DNA from: Takakia lepidozioides
Lineage: Eukaryota > Plantae > Bryophyta
Assembly: GCA_030704615.1 (NCBI GenBank)
Contig: CM060731.1
Coordinates: 88,474,001 to 88,538,000 of the forward strand
Direction: 5' to 3'
DNA: 64,000 nucleotides
Below the pieces are notes generated by a model. The model had not been told where the DNA came from and made no database searches. It saw only the letters and a program-made list of their open reading frames with translations. Within the stretch, counting starts at the first letter, position 1; every line of letters starts with the position of its first letter. This document shows, piece after piece, positions 46,816 to 60,400 of this stretch. The position numbers and the translations under genes were made by a program.

Positions 46816-49800
46816 GGTGGTCGGAGGTCCTCTGTCGGGATGCTTAGGCCTGTATTCTGCTCCAAGTTGTAAGCTTTGAAAGACAAGGATATTCATGGAA
46901 TTAGTTGACTATCCAAATTCATTTGTTTTCTTCATGCAACCATGACACTGAACTGCTCTTTTTACATATTATACATTCACACATGTGCTCTTCTCATACA
47001 CTGACATCTTGAACTGTTTTGGTCTATGGAATTAGGAAATTACTACTACAACTGAAGCTGTGGAGGCCGGGACGCTTGCAACCATTATTGACGACATTGA
47101 TGCAAGGAATTGGGGGGCAGATGAGTATGAAGAGGATACAACATCTAGTGATCCTCTTTCTCTAGATGCCAAACAGGCAATTATTCTGGAAAAGAAACAA
47201 GATCTGAATGTAACTTTCAGGTCCCTCCTCATTGAGGATGGAGTTATGGACATTCCATTGTGTCGCATGATTTCTATGCAGGTTGTTAGGCCCACCCTTG
47301 CCAACGACATCCTAAAGCTTAGAGGAGACTTCTATTCTGGATACCATCTAGGAGCAGCCGTGTTCTATGTTTTTGTTGAGGGGATTGATGGATCTACTAT
47401 AGATGTAGGTCCTGATATCATCTCTACATGGGATAGTCATTGGAAAACAGTCAATGATGAATTTGAGAAGTATCTTGAGTCCAAGCCAAAGTTGCATCAT
47501 CTTCGGGGGAAGATGTTTCATGTCTGGGATGGGAATCATAGGCTTCAAGCATGGTATCCCTATATCAATGAAGTTCATGGGGCCAACTTGTCAAGACATG
47601 TCTGTGTGACAAGTTGGGTGCTCAATGCGGACATTGAAAATCGTGGTTCCCTCAGGTCCATCATGGATGGAGTGAATGTGCGAGTTTCCTTTCTATTCTT
47701 CATTTACTTTCATGTTCAATGTTGTCATGTTCTTGCTCAATGGATGTATACACATCTTCTTTCTAATGATCACATTTTATATGTGCAGGGCAACAGAGAG
47801 GGCACATGTTACATCCAAATTTGTGCACTTGGTTTGCAAGGTCAATATGATTGGCCTTACACCTGTCTCTGAATGGAAGAATGTATTGAGGAAAGAGCAG
47901 TACGACGAATGCATCAAGAAAGCAGGAAAGACTTGGTATAACTTGACAGTCCATGCAATGACAGAGATTTTGTACAAGGTAGCATCATGTCTTAACCAAG
48001 TTTCATTCTTTGCATCCATAGACAAGATTCACCTCTGGTTCATGTTATGAACTGTTTTGGTTCTTTTGGCAGCATGATATTGTTGAGGCCCAACGCATGG
48101 CGGGGGAAGCTTACAAACTTGCTGAGGGGCCAAAGAGTCAAGAGGGCCTTGAAGATACAATGAGACAGGCTGGATTGAAAGCAAGGGAGCAACACAAGAG
48201 TCAGCTTGTGAAGTTGCTTCCTATTGCTGATCCAACCCTTGGAGAGGGGTTTCTCCAAGAACTTAAACTGCATTGGTCACGTGTAAAGGCAGGATCAGAG
48301 GAAATGACCCAAGAGAAAATGGTGAACATTGCTACCGCCCGGGTGGATCCTGAAGAAAAGGTGGAATGGCTACATATATGGAATGGAGACCAAACACTTC
48401 ACGACCGTAATTTTTTTTCCACCCGGGCCTATCAATGGGCCAACACTTGATCCTTGGCTGAATAGAAGGACTTTTTGGTGGCAGGTACATATACAATCAC
48501 TATCTTCTCAATGCAATTAATTCATTTTGTTGATGACACATTAACATAGTTATTTAACTGACTGTATTTTCTGGTAGCTTCGCAAGGTTGCCTTGGCTCA
48601 GTTTGCCTTGTACACCACTCAGCTTGGCCAATTTCATGTTGCCTTGGAGGAAGGAGAGAGTGAGAGTCTGGGAGACTACATGGATACATGGAAGATGACT
48701 CATTTCAATGAGTTGTTTCATAGAGAGTTCTCATTGCCAAAGGGGCCATTCAGAGGCAATGATTGGGAACAACAAACAGGTGGGGAGAAGGTGGTGAGAC
48801 GGATTTTATTCAGGTACCATCTTTCCATTGCATTGTACATGGATAGTGTATACACCTTGTAAGTCAAAAATGTCTATGCTTCAAGTATTTTTCTAGTACC
48901 TTGGGATATACATGTTTCTTAATGTGCTTGTTCAATTGTTGAACAGGTTGCATAAATATTTGTCTCCACAATAACTTTGAATGTGTTTGTATTTTAGGTA
49001 CATGAGATTTGTGCTTGTACCGAGTGATCAACTTAAGGCTGAGCCCAAGTTTCTGATGGCCTGGAAGTTTGGTGCTCAACAAGCTTCCATGTACACACCT
49101 GCAATTGAGGAAGATTGGGGTGTGGAACACCGGAAAGGGGGGGGTTGGTATTTGGATATGCCCAAGGGTACTATCCCCTATGCAGAAATGGGACTTCATA
49201 AGGAATGTGTTCGCAGGCAGTCAGTGAGTGATGAAGGGGGTATCTCCACTGAAGTCCCTGTTCTTGATCTGGAGCATGTAGAACAGATTGCTACACAGGC
49301 CGCTGACGCTGTAGCCCAAGTGGTCCCTGCCGTTGTGGGTGTACCAAAACGCAAATCACGAAAAAGAAAAGGTGCGGATGTCAATGCAGGTGTGGCCCCC
49401 AATGCAGGTGTGGCTTCTATTGCTGGTCCTATTGGTAGTTCTTCACATCCTTCAAATCAGTTGGTTGTAGTGCCTGCACCTACTACTCGAGGAAACAAGC
49501 CAAAGGCAGGCGAACATCCTTACAGTGCAGTGTCATTTTCTGGTGGTGCACCTAGCATGTATCGCATGAAGATCATGCCTACTCATTTCATTGATATGGT
49601 GGAGGCCTCAAGTACATCTCCTGATGCGACCTTGAAAGAGCTCATGGAGTTCTTAAAAAATGTGAGTTTCCCCCAACAAACAAACTTGAATGTAAGGAAT
49701 TCTTCGATGTTTTTATATCCTCATCATCCGGCTATTGACTCCTACATTTTCTGTATGTTGTTTGCAGTTGCCAGGAACTTGGTTTAGTGTTGTGGATGGA

Positions 49801-51271
49801 AAAAACGTGCCTGTGGCTGTGGACATGATCATCGTGGACTGCCCAACATGAATGCCTGTACAGGGCTGTTTGGATGGTGTACAGGTTCCTCCCTGGAATG
49901 CTTTTGATAAACGGTATTGGGAGTATGCATTCTCCATTGCTAATGACCTGTTGGATGACAATGGATGCTTGGTGTTCTTGCAGGGCTCCGATGATTCCTT
50001 TGCATTGGAGCTCTTTTCTTACTCCAGGGGCAGCTCTATTTCCGTATTATCAAGGAAATATACTTGCATCAATACCACCCCTCTACACACTCAGACAGGA
50101 AAGGTAAAAATCATCCCTCTTTAATATCTCATTGTTTGATGTTTCATCTTCCTACTCTCATATATATTATTAAACCATCCGGGTGCATTGTTTTTGTGGA
50201 AATGGCACGTCTAATAGACCATGTTCTTCCACGCCCATGTCCTCACCAAGCAAGGAGGACTATTCAAACTGCGTGAGTCTGGCAAAGTTGTGGACCCCCT
50301 TGCAGACCCTGTTGAGTTGGATGCCATCTACAACCACATTCCAGATGTTGCACTACCCATCACTACAACAGATTTTATGACTCCCATGGGTGCGCAGTCA
50401 TGACAGATTTGTGGCAGAAATGCCATTTGCAGTCGTAAAATGCTTTTGAAGTCATAATGCAGGTCTGGAGAAGGCGTATATGCGACTGCATGGCTTCGGA
50501 CTCTGCGCAACACAGGTCAAACATGTTTGACCATGAATATTGGCATGGCAGATATGACTACCAGTCACGGTCATGGCTACACTAGAATGACGTGTGCATA
50601 TTGCAAGACAGACATATGACTTCATGACTCTCACTCTAATGCATTATGCCAGATCATCACATGGATGAATCACTACATGACTACACGTGTCGACACATGC
50701 TTTTCTGGTTATATATATAATATATGAGTATTTATATCTTAAAAAAACGGAGACTCTTACCACTAGAATGAATTAAAAAACCCAAAAAAAACAAAGATTT
50801 AAAAAAAAATCACATCGGCTGGTAAGTGCACAGTGTGTCGCCCTTGTGGTTTGGGGTTCAAACCCGCTGCCCTTATCCCGTGTGTGGGATTGTTCGAGAC
50901 GGTATGTCTTGACGTTGATCGTCCTGTAGGTCTTATGGCCCATAAATGAAGGCGGGTGAATTTTCCCCCTCCTCAAGGGCTTGTGGTTTCCTTTAAGAAA
51001 AAAAAAAAAAATCAAAAAAAAAAATCAAAAAGGGGCTTTTAGGGTTTACAAAAAGGTTAAAAAACTTAAAAAGTTGCCCATCACAGTAGCGTGAACAGAC
51101 TTAGAGCGAGCGGGAGGGAGAGAGAGAGAGGGTTGGGACTTAGATCGAGCGAGCGGGAGAGGGCAAACATGCATGGGAGGCCCGCAGTTGGATCAACCTT
51201 CGCATCTGGAGCAAGCAACCCTAGAAACGCTAGGGTATGTGTGCGAGGAGGTTTCGGCTGGGAGCCCGCCG

Positions 51272-52185
51272 TTCTTGGGAGAGTCAGCTTCGTCTTAGCA
51301 GGCCGTGTTTCAATCTCTACCCGCTCGGCCCTGATTTTACAGCACGGAGCAGAGCTGACATGAGTTTCTAAAAGATCCTTCACGATGGTGGGACAACCGC
51401 AATTGCAAGGTGTGGCTTTTTCTTAATGTACGATGTGAAGAAGTTTGTCCATCCTGCAAATGTGGGTTGGCTCTCCTGTTAGTACCATGATTTGGTATTC
51501 TTCCTGATGTTTACAAGGTTCTTGGGAGAGTTAGCTTGGTCTTAGTAGGCCGTGTTTCAATCTCTGCCCACTCAGCTGCACCGTGGTGGTTCTCACTGAC
51601 CAATCCGACATTACCTAACTACAGACACAAGCAGCACACACTAGAGGTCATCTTGGGTTCATGTTCAGTCAAATCCTCCATGGGTCATGACACAAGGTCA
51701 AGGACAATGTGGCGAGGGCACCTTCTTCTTCGACCTATTTCAGCCTATTTTGCCCTCTCATCAGACTCGGCCCTGAATTTGAATCATGGAGCAGAGCTGG
51801 CATGAGTTTTTTTAAGATCCTTCACGAGGGTGCGACCGCAATCGCAAGGTGTGGTTTTTTTTAATGTACGATGTGCAGAATTCTGTCCATCCTGCAAATG
51901 TGGGTTGTTGGCTCCTGTTAGTACCATGATTTGATATTCTTCCTGATGTTTACAAGGTTCTTGGGAGAGTCAGCTTGGTCTTAGCAGACCGTGTTTCAAA
52001 GTCTGCCTGCTCAGCTGCACCGTGGTGCAGGTTCTCATTGACCAATCCAACATTACCTGACTACAGACACAAGCATCACACACAAGGTCAAATCCTCCAT
52101 GGGTCATGACACAAGGTCAAGGACAATGTGGTGAGGGCACCTTCTTCTTCGACCTATTTCAGCATGTTTTGCCCTCTCATCAGAC
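51272..52185 (+). repeat. Internal ~440-bp tandem duplication within the CACTA
   Basis: GTTCTTGGGAGAGT(C/T)AGCTT(C/G)GTCTTAG at 51271, 51518 and 51957. 51325-51745 is repeated at 51765-52165. Confidence 0.85.
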
Positions 52186-52264
52186 GCCCTGAGATGCATA
52201 TTGAATTTTGTAAGTTAGCTCATTGCTCGTTGATAAGTAGGGTTGGGGGTGTTTGCTGGAACAA

Positions 52265-54200
52265 TTCTAGGCTGTCATTGTCAGCTGCTAGCAAGAAGGC
52301 AAGGATGTATGCATAGATAGCTGAAGGATTTTGTGCAGAGGCATAGATAGCTGAAGGAGCAGGGATAGAGTGTGGGCCCAAATTCGTCCAAGAGGGCCGG
52401 ATTTCAAGCTCCATTATTTCAGTGTCATCCATTCAGCCAGGGATTTCCTGGTGACATTGCCAAGGCTTTACTCGCAATACGATGCTTGTAAAGCTTCCTT
52501 AGCTTGAATGCTGATTATGCTTGAATTATTAGGTTTGTAAAGCCAGTTTTGAAATTTTCATGGTAATCAGCTCTCTTGAAAATTTGTAGGTTGCAAGCCA
52601 TTTACAGCGGGCCGTGGGTGGACTGGAAGACAGCCATTGAAAGTCCAGGTGCAAGTTAATACCAGTGGAGAGCAGAATAAGCTTCATATGCCCTTTTGGT
52701 GCTAGTTATCTTCATGTATGGTACTGTTGAACACCAACAATCTTTTGGTGAGATTCTGTCTTGGTGCACATGTCTGATAAAGAAAGACGGTAATGTTTGT
52801 TCTGAAACCTGAAGGCGTGAAATGATTCAACACAACAAGAGCATTACGCGTGTCACAGTACAAGCTGTAAGAAAGCAAGAGATACATAGTTATACAGTCA
52901 AACAGACAACTATCAGTTTCTGTGGAATCTCTTGCCAATGGCAGGATGGGTTGGGAATAGCCAAGTCAGGAGGTGAATGCCTGTCAAATTACCACATGTC
53001 CTTTTGAACACTGCCCCTGCCCTGGTGGACATGTACACCAATTGTGGGTGCATTGAGGATGCAATGGGAGTGTTCAACACTGTGGCTGAACGAGATGTGG
53101 TGTCGTGGAGTGCGATGCTTGCTGGGTATGCACAATTGGGGTGCGGGATGGAGGCTCCAACCTTTGAGAAAATGATGGGGGAAGGGGTGAAGGCCGCCGA
53201 CATAACGTTTGTGTGCGTTTGCAGTGCGTTTGCAGCCCTGGAAAAGGGCAAAGAGATCCCTGGTGACATCATCAAATCTGCAATTGTACCAGATGTCATC
53301 CTGAACATGGCTCTGGTGGCCATGTATGCTAAATGTGGGAGCATTGAGGATGCCAAGGGAGTGTTCAACACTATGGCTGAACTAGATGTGGTGTCGTGGA
53401 ATGCGATGCTTGAAGGGTGTGCAGAGCAGGAGCGCGGGATGGGGCTTTGGACACCTGAAAGCAAATGATGGAGAAAAGAATGAAGGTACCTTCTTCAACA
53501 TATTTCACCCTGATTTCCCTGCTAGTGTTTGCTTTGACAATTCTAGGCTGTCATTGTCAGCTGCTAGCAGCAAGGCGAGGATGTATGCATGATTTGTGCA
53601 GAGGCATGGATAGCTGAAGGAGCAGGGATTTCGTGTGGGTCCAGATTCATCCAAGAAGGCCAGATTTCAAGCACAAGATTACCTGTGATTCCCTGTGGAT
53701 CAATAGCTACAAGAAACCTGCATGGGTAGATGGTCAACTGGGAGCAGCGGCACAAGTGATAAAATCAGGCTGAAGGCATCTTCTTCAACACATTTCACCC
53801 TGTTTTTCCCTCTTATCAGAATCGGCCCTAAATTTACATGTTCAATTCTGCAAGTTAGCTGGTTGAGTGAATCTAGTTTGGAGTGACTTTGACATGATAC
53901 TGCCAATGTGACAACAAGAAAGTGTCAAAAAATAGGTAACAAAGATGAGGAGAAGCTGTGGAATGAATACTTATCTGAGCCCAGTCACTGATGGGTCAAC
54001 CGGGGCAGAAAGGTGAATGCCTGCTACATTTCAGAGAGTAGCAGACGCAATTCAGCATAGGAACTAGTGTGCTACGCTGAGTTGGGTGTTTCCTAGAACA
54101 AATGTAGGCTGTCATTGTCAGCTGCTAGCAGCAAGGCAAGGATGAATGCTTGATTTGTGCAGAGGCATGGATAGCTGAAGGAATAGAGATAGAGTGTGGG
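52265..54200 (+). repeat. Three dispersed copies of TAGGCTGTCATTGTCAGCTGCTAGCA...GATAGCTGAAGGA around the PPR fragment
   Basis: Copies start near 52265, 53541 and 54104. Confidence 0.85.
52977..53468 (+). pseudogene. Captured PLS-class pentatricopeptide repeat gene fragment
   Basis: ALVDMYTNCGCIEDAMGVF...RDVVSWSAMLAGYAQ...DITFVCVCSA...ALVAMYAKCGSIEDAKGVF...DVVSWNAML. Confidence 0.93.
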
Positions 54201-56190
54201 TGACGCAGGGTGCTGGGCAATGGGCAAGATGTCTTTGTATAAACGTGAGTGACCTTCCTATCATCCTGGGTTTCATTTTTAGTGCATGTTTCTTTGTGAA
54301 GTATCTGACGACTTCGCCAATACACACCAACCTTTTTGCTTTGGTTTGTTTAGGACATGGGATAGAAGTTACCATAAACAACACTGGCATTGGTTTTTCA
54401 TATATGGTATTAGATAATTCTCTTAATTGTTTCCGCCTTGGCAGGTTGCTCAGTGACCTTCCCTGGACGCTTTAGAGTATAGCGAGTGAGTGTCTCACAA
54501 TGCAATATTGGTTGGTGCATCTTATGCAAGAACTTGGAAAACAAACAAATGTCCTTGCTGTAGTAATTCTTAAAGCCATGCAAGCCGTTTTTGATGGGTT
54601 GCAGATTGATGGAATACATGAGTAGTTAGAAGATTTTGGGTGAACACTTTTCAAAGTGTTATAGTTAGACAAAATAATTCACATGAGAACATGCGACTAT
54701 TTAATGTATTTTTAGATCGCAACAAAAATGATAATGATAAATAGATTGGTAAATAGAGATGGTAGGCAATCTCTTGGTTTTGCTCAGCTTGTTGCAGTTA
54801 TGTCTTGCTGCCTTGTTCTCTTTGTATTATATATTATATTTCATTGTTGTAATAGACATGTACATGACTGCTATCATAGTCATAATAATGACTACATCTA
54901 TTTTCACTCTCCAATAGTACTACACCACGTGGCAGAAATACAAATATGAAAAAAAATAGCAATACACCCCAAAAAAACACCCATCATGACACATGTCAAT
55001 CTGCTGATGGACCACGTGTAAAAATTGCAACGCGCCACGTGTTGCAACCGGATTAGCACACCCATAGTCATAGTTCGCAGTCATGGAGAGCTAAACACTC
55101 TACCACGTGTCATTTCCTGCATCGAGCACGTGCCACTCTTGCACAGCCGCTGACATGGACTACACTGTCCGTTCAGTCATTCAGTAAAGCCAGCGTGTAT
55201 GACTACCCCCACAGCTGCTCTGGCGCCACGTGACAGCCAGCCTGGAGAGTCATATCTGCCATGTCACAACTGACTAGGTCTTTACGTCTGCAGAGTCAGG
55301 AAGTCGTAAATGGCTTCCATGACTGCATTTGCAGTCATAACACAGAGACGTAAAAGCCGCAATTTGTTGTAGTGCATGCAAACTCCTCAACAAGCCTAGA
55401 GGGGTGCGCGAGACCGTAGTCCCGCCTTCATGCAAGTGTTGTTGGAGACATGCTCACCTCCTGGCTCCCGCATTTTGGATCTCACAGCTGGCACAGGTTT
55501 GCAGTGGTCTCCATTTTGTAATTAAAATCTTCTGAGCTGATTCATGATCATTAACTGTTATCCGATATAATATCATCATTGCATGTTTTTTTCCTGCAGG
55601 TTCTACATATCTTCTCACATAATGTTCTGCTCCCCTCAGCCGGATTGTGCCCGATCGCAATAAAAATTTGGGCTCGTTTTGACCTTACAACTTGCTGCAG
55701 GAGGTCTTTTGGTTCTTTCCTACCTATATGTCCTGAAGGGGCCGTGGTAGATAGTGTCCTTGGGGATAAATTTCAGGGAGTTCATCCTTTTTCTAATGCC
55801 AGATTGAGGTATTTACAACATGATAGTAAAGTCACTGCCCACCAACACCCCCCACCTTCAGAACATGACTTATAGATAGACATGAAGTGAACAATCTTCT
55901 CTTAGGAGTGACATGAAAAAGAGAGAGTACTCGGCATACGAAGGTAGATAAAACGATGAAAGAGGACTTTGGGATAGACTATCATAGATGGTCCGCACAA
56001 TCCCATCACTGCATCACACATACATGTATACTTATGTTAACAAATCAAATGGGAATGGTTTGCTTTGCAAATAATATAGAGATTGCAACAAAGGGAATGG
56101 TGAGGGAGGCCTTGCTCTCATTTTGCTCTTCACTCTTCTCTGTTGTGCCCATCTCCTCCCTGCTTTGAGTTCGTGCTGTGTCGTGAGGCC

Positions 56191-56742
56191 ATGTCGTGCC
56201 CGAATCACATCTATCGACGCCAGACGGGAGTCATTTTCCCGAAAGCAGATGACATCATTGTCTTCCTGGATGTTTACAGGGACGATCCTCGACTTGTCCA
56301 GCTGAGAGCAATGGAGTTTCTTCCAGGATTGCACGATTCTCCTAGACCCCGGCTAGGGAGCAGGTGGTTCCTACGCATCATGGACCTGGACTTTCCGCAT
56401 GTGTGGGAGCCGAACAGATCACGCACAACGTTGCTGTATCGCTGGAATTGTTGCGAGTGGACGTATGATGAGTGCATAGGTGAAAACTTTACGCGTGGAC
56501 GGACTGGCTCGGAAAGTGGGGACATTCTCTTCAGTTATGAGGATGAGGAGGAGGGGAACACAGGGCCCACTGTGAAAATGTCCTTCTACTAAGGGGGCGC
56601 TATTGATAAACACGACATCCTCGTTAGTTTCAACCGGGCGACAGAATCCACTGACATTTTGTTCAAATATAGGCACCCGGTCACTGAGGAGGTCCTTGAG
56701 AGGCCAGTTAGAGTTCCTTCTTCTTGGGCAAGGGGACCATAG
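56191..56742 (+). pseudogene. Small unknown Cys/Trp-motif protein, paralog 3 (in-frame stop at 56590)
   Basis: LRAMEFLPG...WFLRIMDLDFP...SRTTLLYRWNCCEWT...GENF. The frame continues past the stop as GGAIDKHDILV, matching GGMIDGHDIVV of paralog 1. Confidence 0.65.
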
Positions 56743-57425
56743 GTCTTGCATGCTAGAGTAGACATGTTTCGACTCGCTGACACTCATGGCACATACATTT
56801 TCATTCAGAAATCAAGCAGCTTCCCTGTGCCATATGGGGAATATACATGCTTGGATAATCTTCTGTTAAGGTTTTTTGCAATTCACTGCCAGTATACTGG
56901 GACGTGTCCTTTGTCGTATGGATTGCTGTTTGCACAAGGTGCAGTATGCAAATGCTGGAATGTGCAGTAGGACCCTTCCCACTGGGACACAGAACTAGCA
57001 ATCTTGTAAAGGCATCACATTTGCATAACAGTAACAATGTATTTGTAGCAAATTGGAGTCTTCTCATAAAGGTGGACGAAAACGCCAGGATGGGCTGCGA
57101 AATCACTACAAATTGAATGACGAGCAGTAACAAGGAAGCACTATGCAGTACATAGACCATAAACGGCGCTGAAATAGGCCTCAATGCCCGTTAATCTCCA
57201 CACAATGTATGCTTTACTCGGATCCATTTGTAGACAACCAAAATAAAAAAAGCATGCGCATGCCATTCATGGCCAAAAACCACATTCTCATGTATTGCGG
57301 CACCGAAATTCACCTGTAGCCATGACGATGCAGCACCACCAAGTGTATAATTCCTCACAAAAAAATAGGGTGCAAGAAGATGAATGTAATATAATTGCCA
57401 CTTTCTCCTTCCCGAATGTGGAATG

Positions 57426-60400
57426 TCAAGCAGTCCGACCAGTATCCTGCCGTAGGGCCTTGTGCAGCTCGTTGAAACTCAGTGTTGGAGCATGGATGAA
57501 GACGTCCACTGCGGATATGCAACTCATGCGCTTCAGAAAAATGTAATAAAAGTGTTTGCAGGGGACGTATGCTGCATTCTTCGATTCCATAACAAGGAAG
57601 TCCTCACAGTTGCAAGCTGGGTATTGTGAAACCGTGATTGCATACACGACACTGCGCGCAGCAGACCCGGCTATTGACAACTGAAATATGCGCCCCATCC
57701 CGGGGTGAGGAACATCCCTGCAACCTTGCACTATGCAGGGCATTGCAAGAGCGTTGGCCATCCCGGTGTCGTTCGCCTTTGTTGGTGGCCGCCGTCTTTT
57801 CAGTTTCCCCCACCAATGGGTGGGCCAAGTTGCGGGGTCACCCACCGATATGCGGGGCGAAGAGCTTCTCGTGGGAGGAGGATGACGACTGGGAATTGGA
57901 TTTCGTGGAACGTCTGTCCTCTCCACCAGTCGAAACCCTGCACTTCCTAGAGCGTCTGCCTCCTCCAGGGTAAGATCTGTACCAGTTGCCACAGGCCAGA
58001 CTGCCGGTGGTTTAGGCATGCCTTGTACACCATACTTGGGCTTGCCGAATACACACGACATGATGTCGTGCCTGCAGAACCAAAACTCCTTCAGTGTGGC
58101 CTCCACAAACTTTGCGCACACAAATCTCCTTGTGAAGCAAGGGGCAGGCACACCGCCCTGCGGGCTCCTCCGAATCATCTCATTGCATCTCTGGTTGGTG
58201 TCGACACGAACAGCACAACATTTGCCACGAAATGTCGGACGGGTCCGTGCAATTCTCCACTGCGAGGCCGACACATCTCGCTCCACGATTGGAATGCTGT
58301 ATTGGGTAACAAAAACAGGAGCAACATGCTCATCCTCGGCATGTTGTCTCGAGTCTGGCAGCGATTCCATGGATGCTGCAGGAGAGGGGGTACGAAACCT
58401 ACTTCGTGGAGGCGTGGGACGCAACATCGTTGCGCCCCGAGGTTGAGTGTGGATGTTCATATCTGATCTCCATGAATCCCCGTCCCCTCCGGGCATGTCC
58501 TCAATTCTTCTCTTCACCGGCCGGCTGCGGACATCGCCCTCCAGGCAGTTCCCCCGATTGTGTAACGGCGTTGACCTTATTGTTTCCCGCAATGCAGCAA
58601 TCCATTTTTTGGGATCGGTCGAACGATGCGCCGCCCTCATCAACATCTCCTGCCTGTCTGGTCCGATACCCCATTGCTTTCCTCCCAGAAACTGGTAGTA
58701 ACGAGATTGTTGCATGATGGCCCTCACAATATCTTCTGTTGTTGCTGTCAACATGTCAACGAGATGTGCCGCAGAGGAAGCACGCCAGGAAGAGTGCACC
58801 GATTCGGCCATGTTCGTCGTCGGCATATCCGTGTCATCCTCCAAGCTCATGTCCTGTTGAAGGAAATTAGAAATATCACTGATTGTGGAGAATGTCCAAG
58901 CACAAAACATAACAATTGTCAAGTACAGAAATGTGTTACCTGTCTCATGTAGTCTCCAAACTGGCGGAATCTATAGTGCCACCACGCAAGCCACGTTTGC
59001 AGTTTTGGCTGATCTTTCACATCCAGTGCCCCTGAAGACACCCACCAGGCGCGTATGGTTGCAAACTCGGTCTCCGCCTCGTCGATGGAATTCGCATTTT
59101 TCCACGCTAGGCATATACTGATATGATCCTGCTGGTGGCGTGACGCCACGAACCTTTTCGTGTTTTGCGTCAAACTCTGCATGAAGTGGAACCCGCAAGA
59201 TCTCTCCTTCCCTTCCATTGGAGTCTTTGGGTCGTCCCCATATACCCTCCTAACTGCAGCCCAGTTCGCCTGGGCATTGTCAGCCATGAAGCCCCTAAAA
59301 TCGGGAGGGGGCAACTTGGCTCTCGCCATTTGCTCATTAATTCCGCGCCACATATGCAACTCCAAATCTGTGTCTTCTCCCTTCATTTCGCAGATAGCAA
59401 TGGTCATCAACTTTCTGCAATGTGGGTCGTATACATGTGCCCCCATTGTCACCCAATCGTGGTTGGTAATTCGCCGGATGTGGTCGAACATGACCCAACA
59501 ATTTGAGAGGTCTCCACTGGTCATCCGCTTCACCAAATCGACGCCGCTCCCCGGTCCGCACGTTGACATCTTAAATATGAAGCACCTGTCCGTCTCCGAG
59601 CCTTGACCAGGAAAGAAGCTGCCTTGGATGAAGTCGTAGCCGCATGTGCGCTTCACTTCCAAGATGGAGTGCATGTCTGATCCTCTTCCGATTCGTTTCT
59701 TGCAGCCGACAATGTGGTTCCTGACATTGGGGCTGCACACATGGGAGACAGCTTCCAGCAGGTCCTTCATGTCCCCCTCACCCAGCTTCTCTCTTGTGCT
59801 TCCGTCCTCTGACATTATTCTGCCAATTGCAATCCTATGTGCCGATGCGAGCTGTATCTGCTTTGGTTTTGCACCCGGCCTCAACCTCACCTCCTCCTTG
59901 ATAATATCCTGGGCTTGTTGAAAAGCGACTCTGCAATTGCCTCTGGCGAGGGGGTGCTCCTGCTTTCCGATGTGAATGCATGCTCTGGTGCACGCTGGGC
60001 CGACGGTCCCGAAGTAGTACTGCTTGGCGTTGCACACTGCCATGCACGTAGGGGCTGCGTTGCAATGGGCATACTTGAACGTCCCTGCAGGAACTCTACC
60101 TTGAGGCCAAAATGGGGTCGACGAATTGCCAATCCAGTCAGTCTCATTCCTGGTGCCTTTGCTAGTGTAATGGTAACATGTGCTCGAGAAACATTTAAGA
60201 TGCCCAGCACACAATACATATCTCACTCGAACTCCATCACCCAGGTTGGACGATGAAGATTTTGGTGACACACCAAGGGTGGCCGTCATGTTTCCTGTTC
60301 ATTCCTGCGAGCATGCCGTCTGGGCCTGCGCCTGCCGGCACTGGAGGGAACTCGTAGATAGCATTCCCATCCACAACATCAGGCAAAGTTTCCACAAAAT

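Larger units (their letters stand above)
50361..55374. mobile_element. Complete non-autonomous CACTA element (5,014 bp) carrying a gene fragment
   Basis: TIRs CACTACAACAGATT / AATTTGTTGTAGTG and a 3-bp TSD CAT at 50358-50360 and 55375-55377. ATGACT/AGTCAT subterminal repeats at both ends. The interrupted reading frame resumes across the insertion. Confidence 0.95.
47037..55620 (+). pseudogene. Multi-exon ParB-like + N6/N4 methyltransferase-like gene, copy B, interrupted by a CACTA insertion
   Basis: An early exon has FHVWDGNHRLQAW (ParB/Srx-type DGxHR motif). Later come VDMIIVDCPT*...PPWN...ANDLLDDNGCLVFL and, after removing 50361-55377, DVALP-MQTPQQA*RGARDRSPAFMQVLLETCSPPGSRILDLTAGTG. Introns 50104-50217 and 55497-55599 are at the same positions as in copies A and C. 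Confidence 0.7.

Noticed and set aside
47037-50360. Bacterial or phage contamination as the source of the ParB/MTase motifs
   Set aside because: GT-AG introns sit at shared positions in three copies, and a plant CACTA is inserted in the gene.
51036-51048. Telomeric repeat TTTAGGG
   Set aside because: Only a single unit; at most a telo-box.
52977-53468. Functional host PPR gene
   Set aside because: It has only about four degenerate motifs, no E/DYW domain or targeting peptide, and lies inside a TIR/TSD-bounded element.
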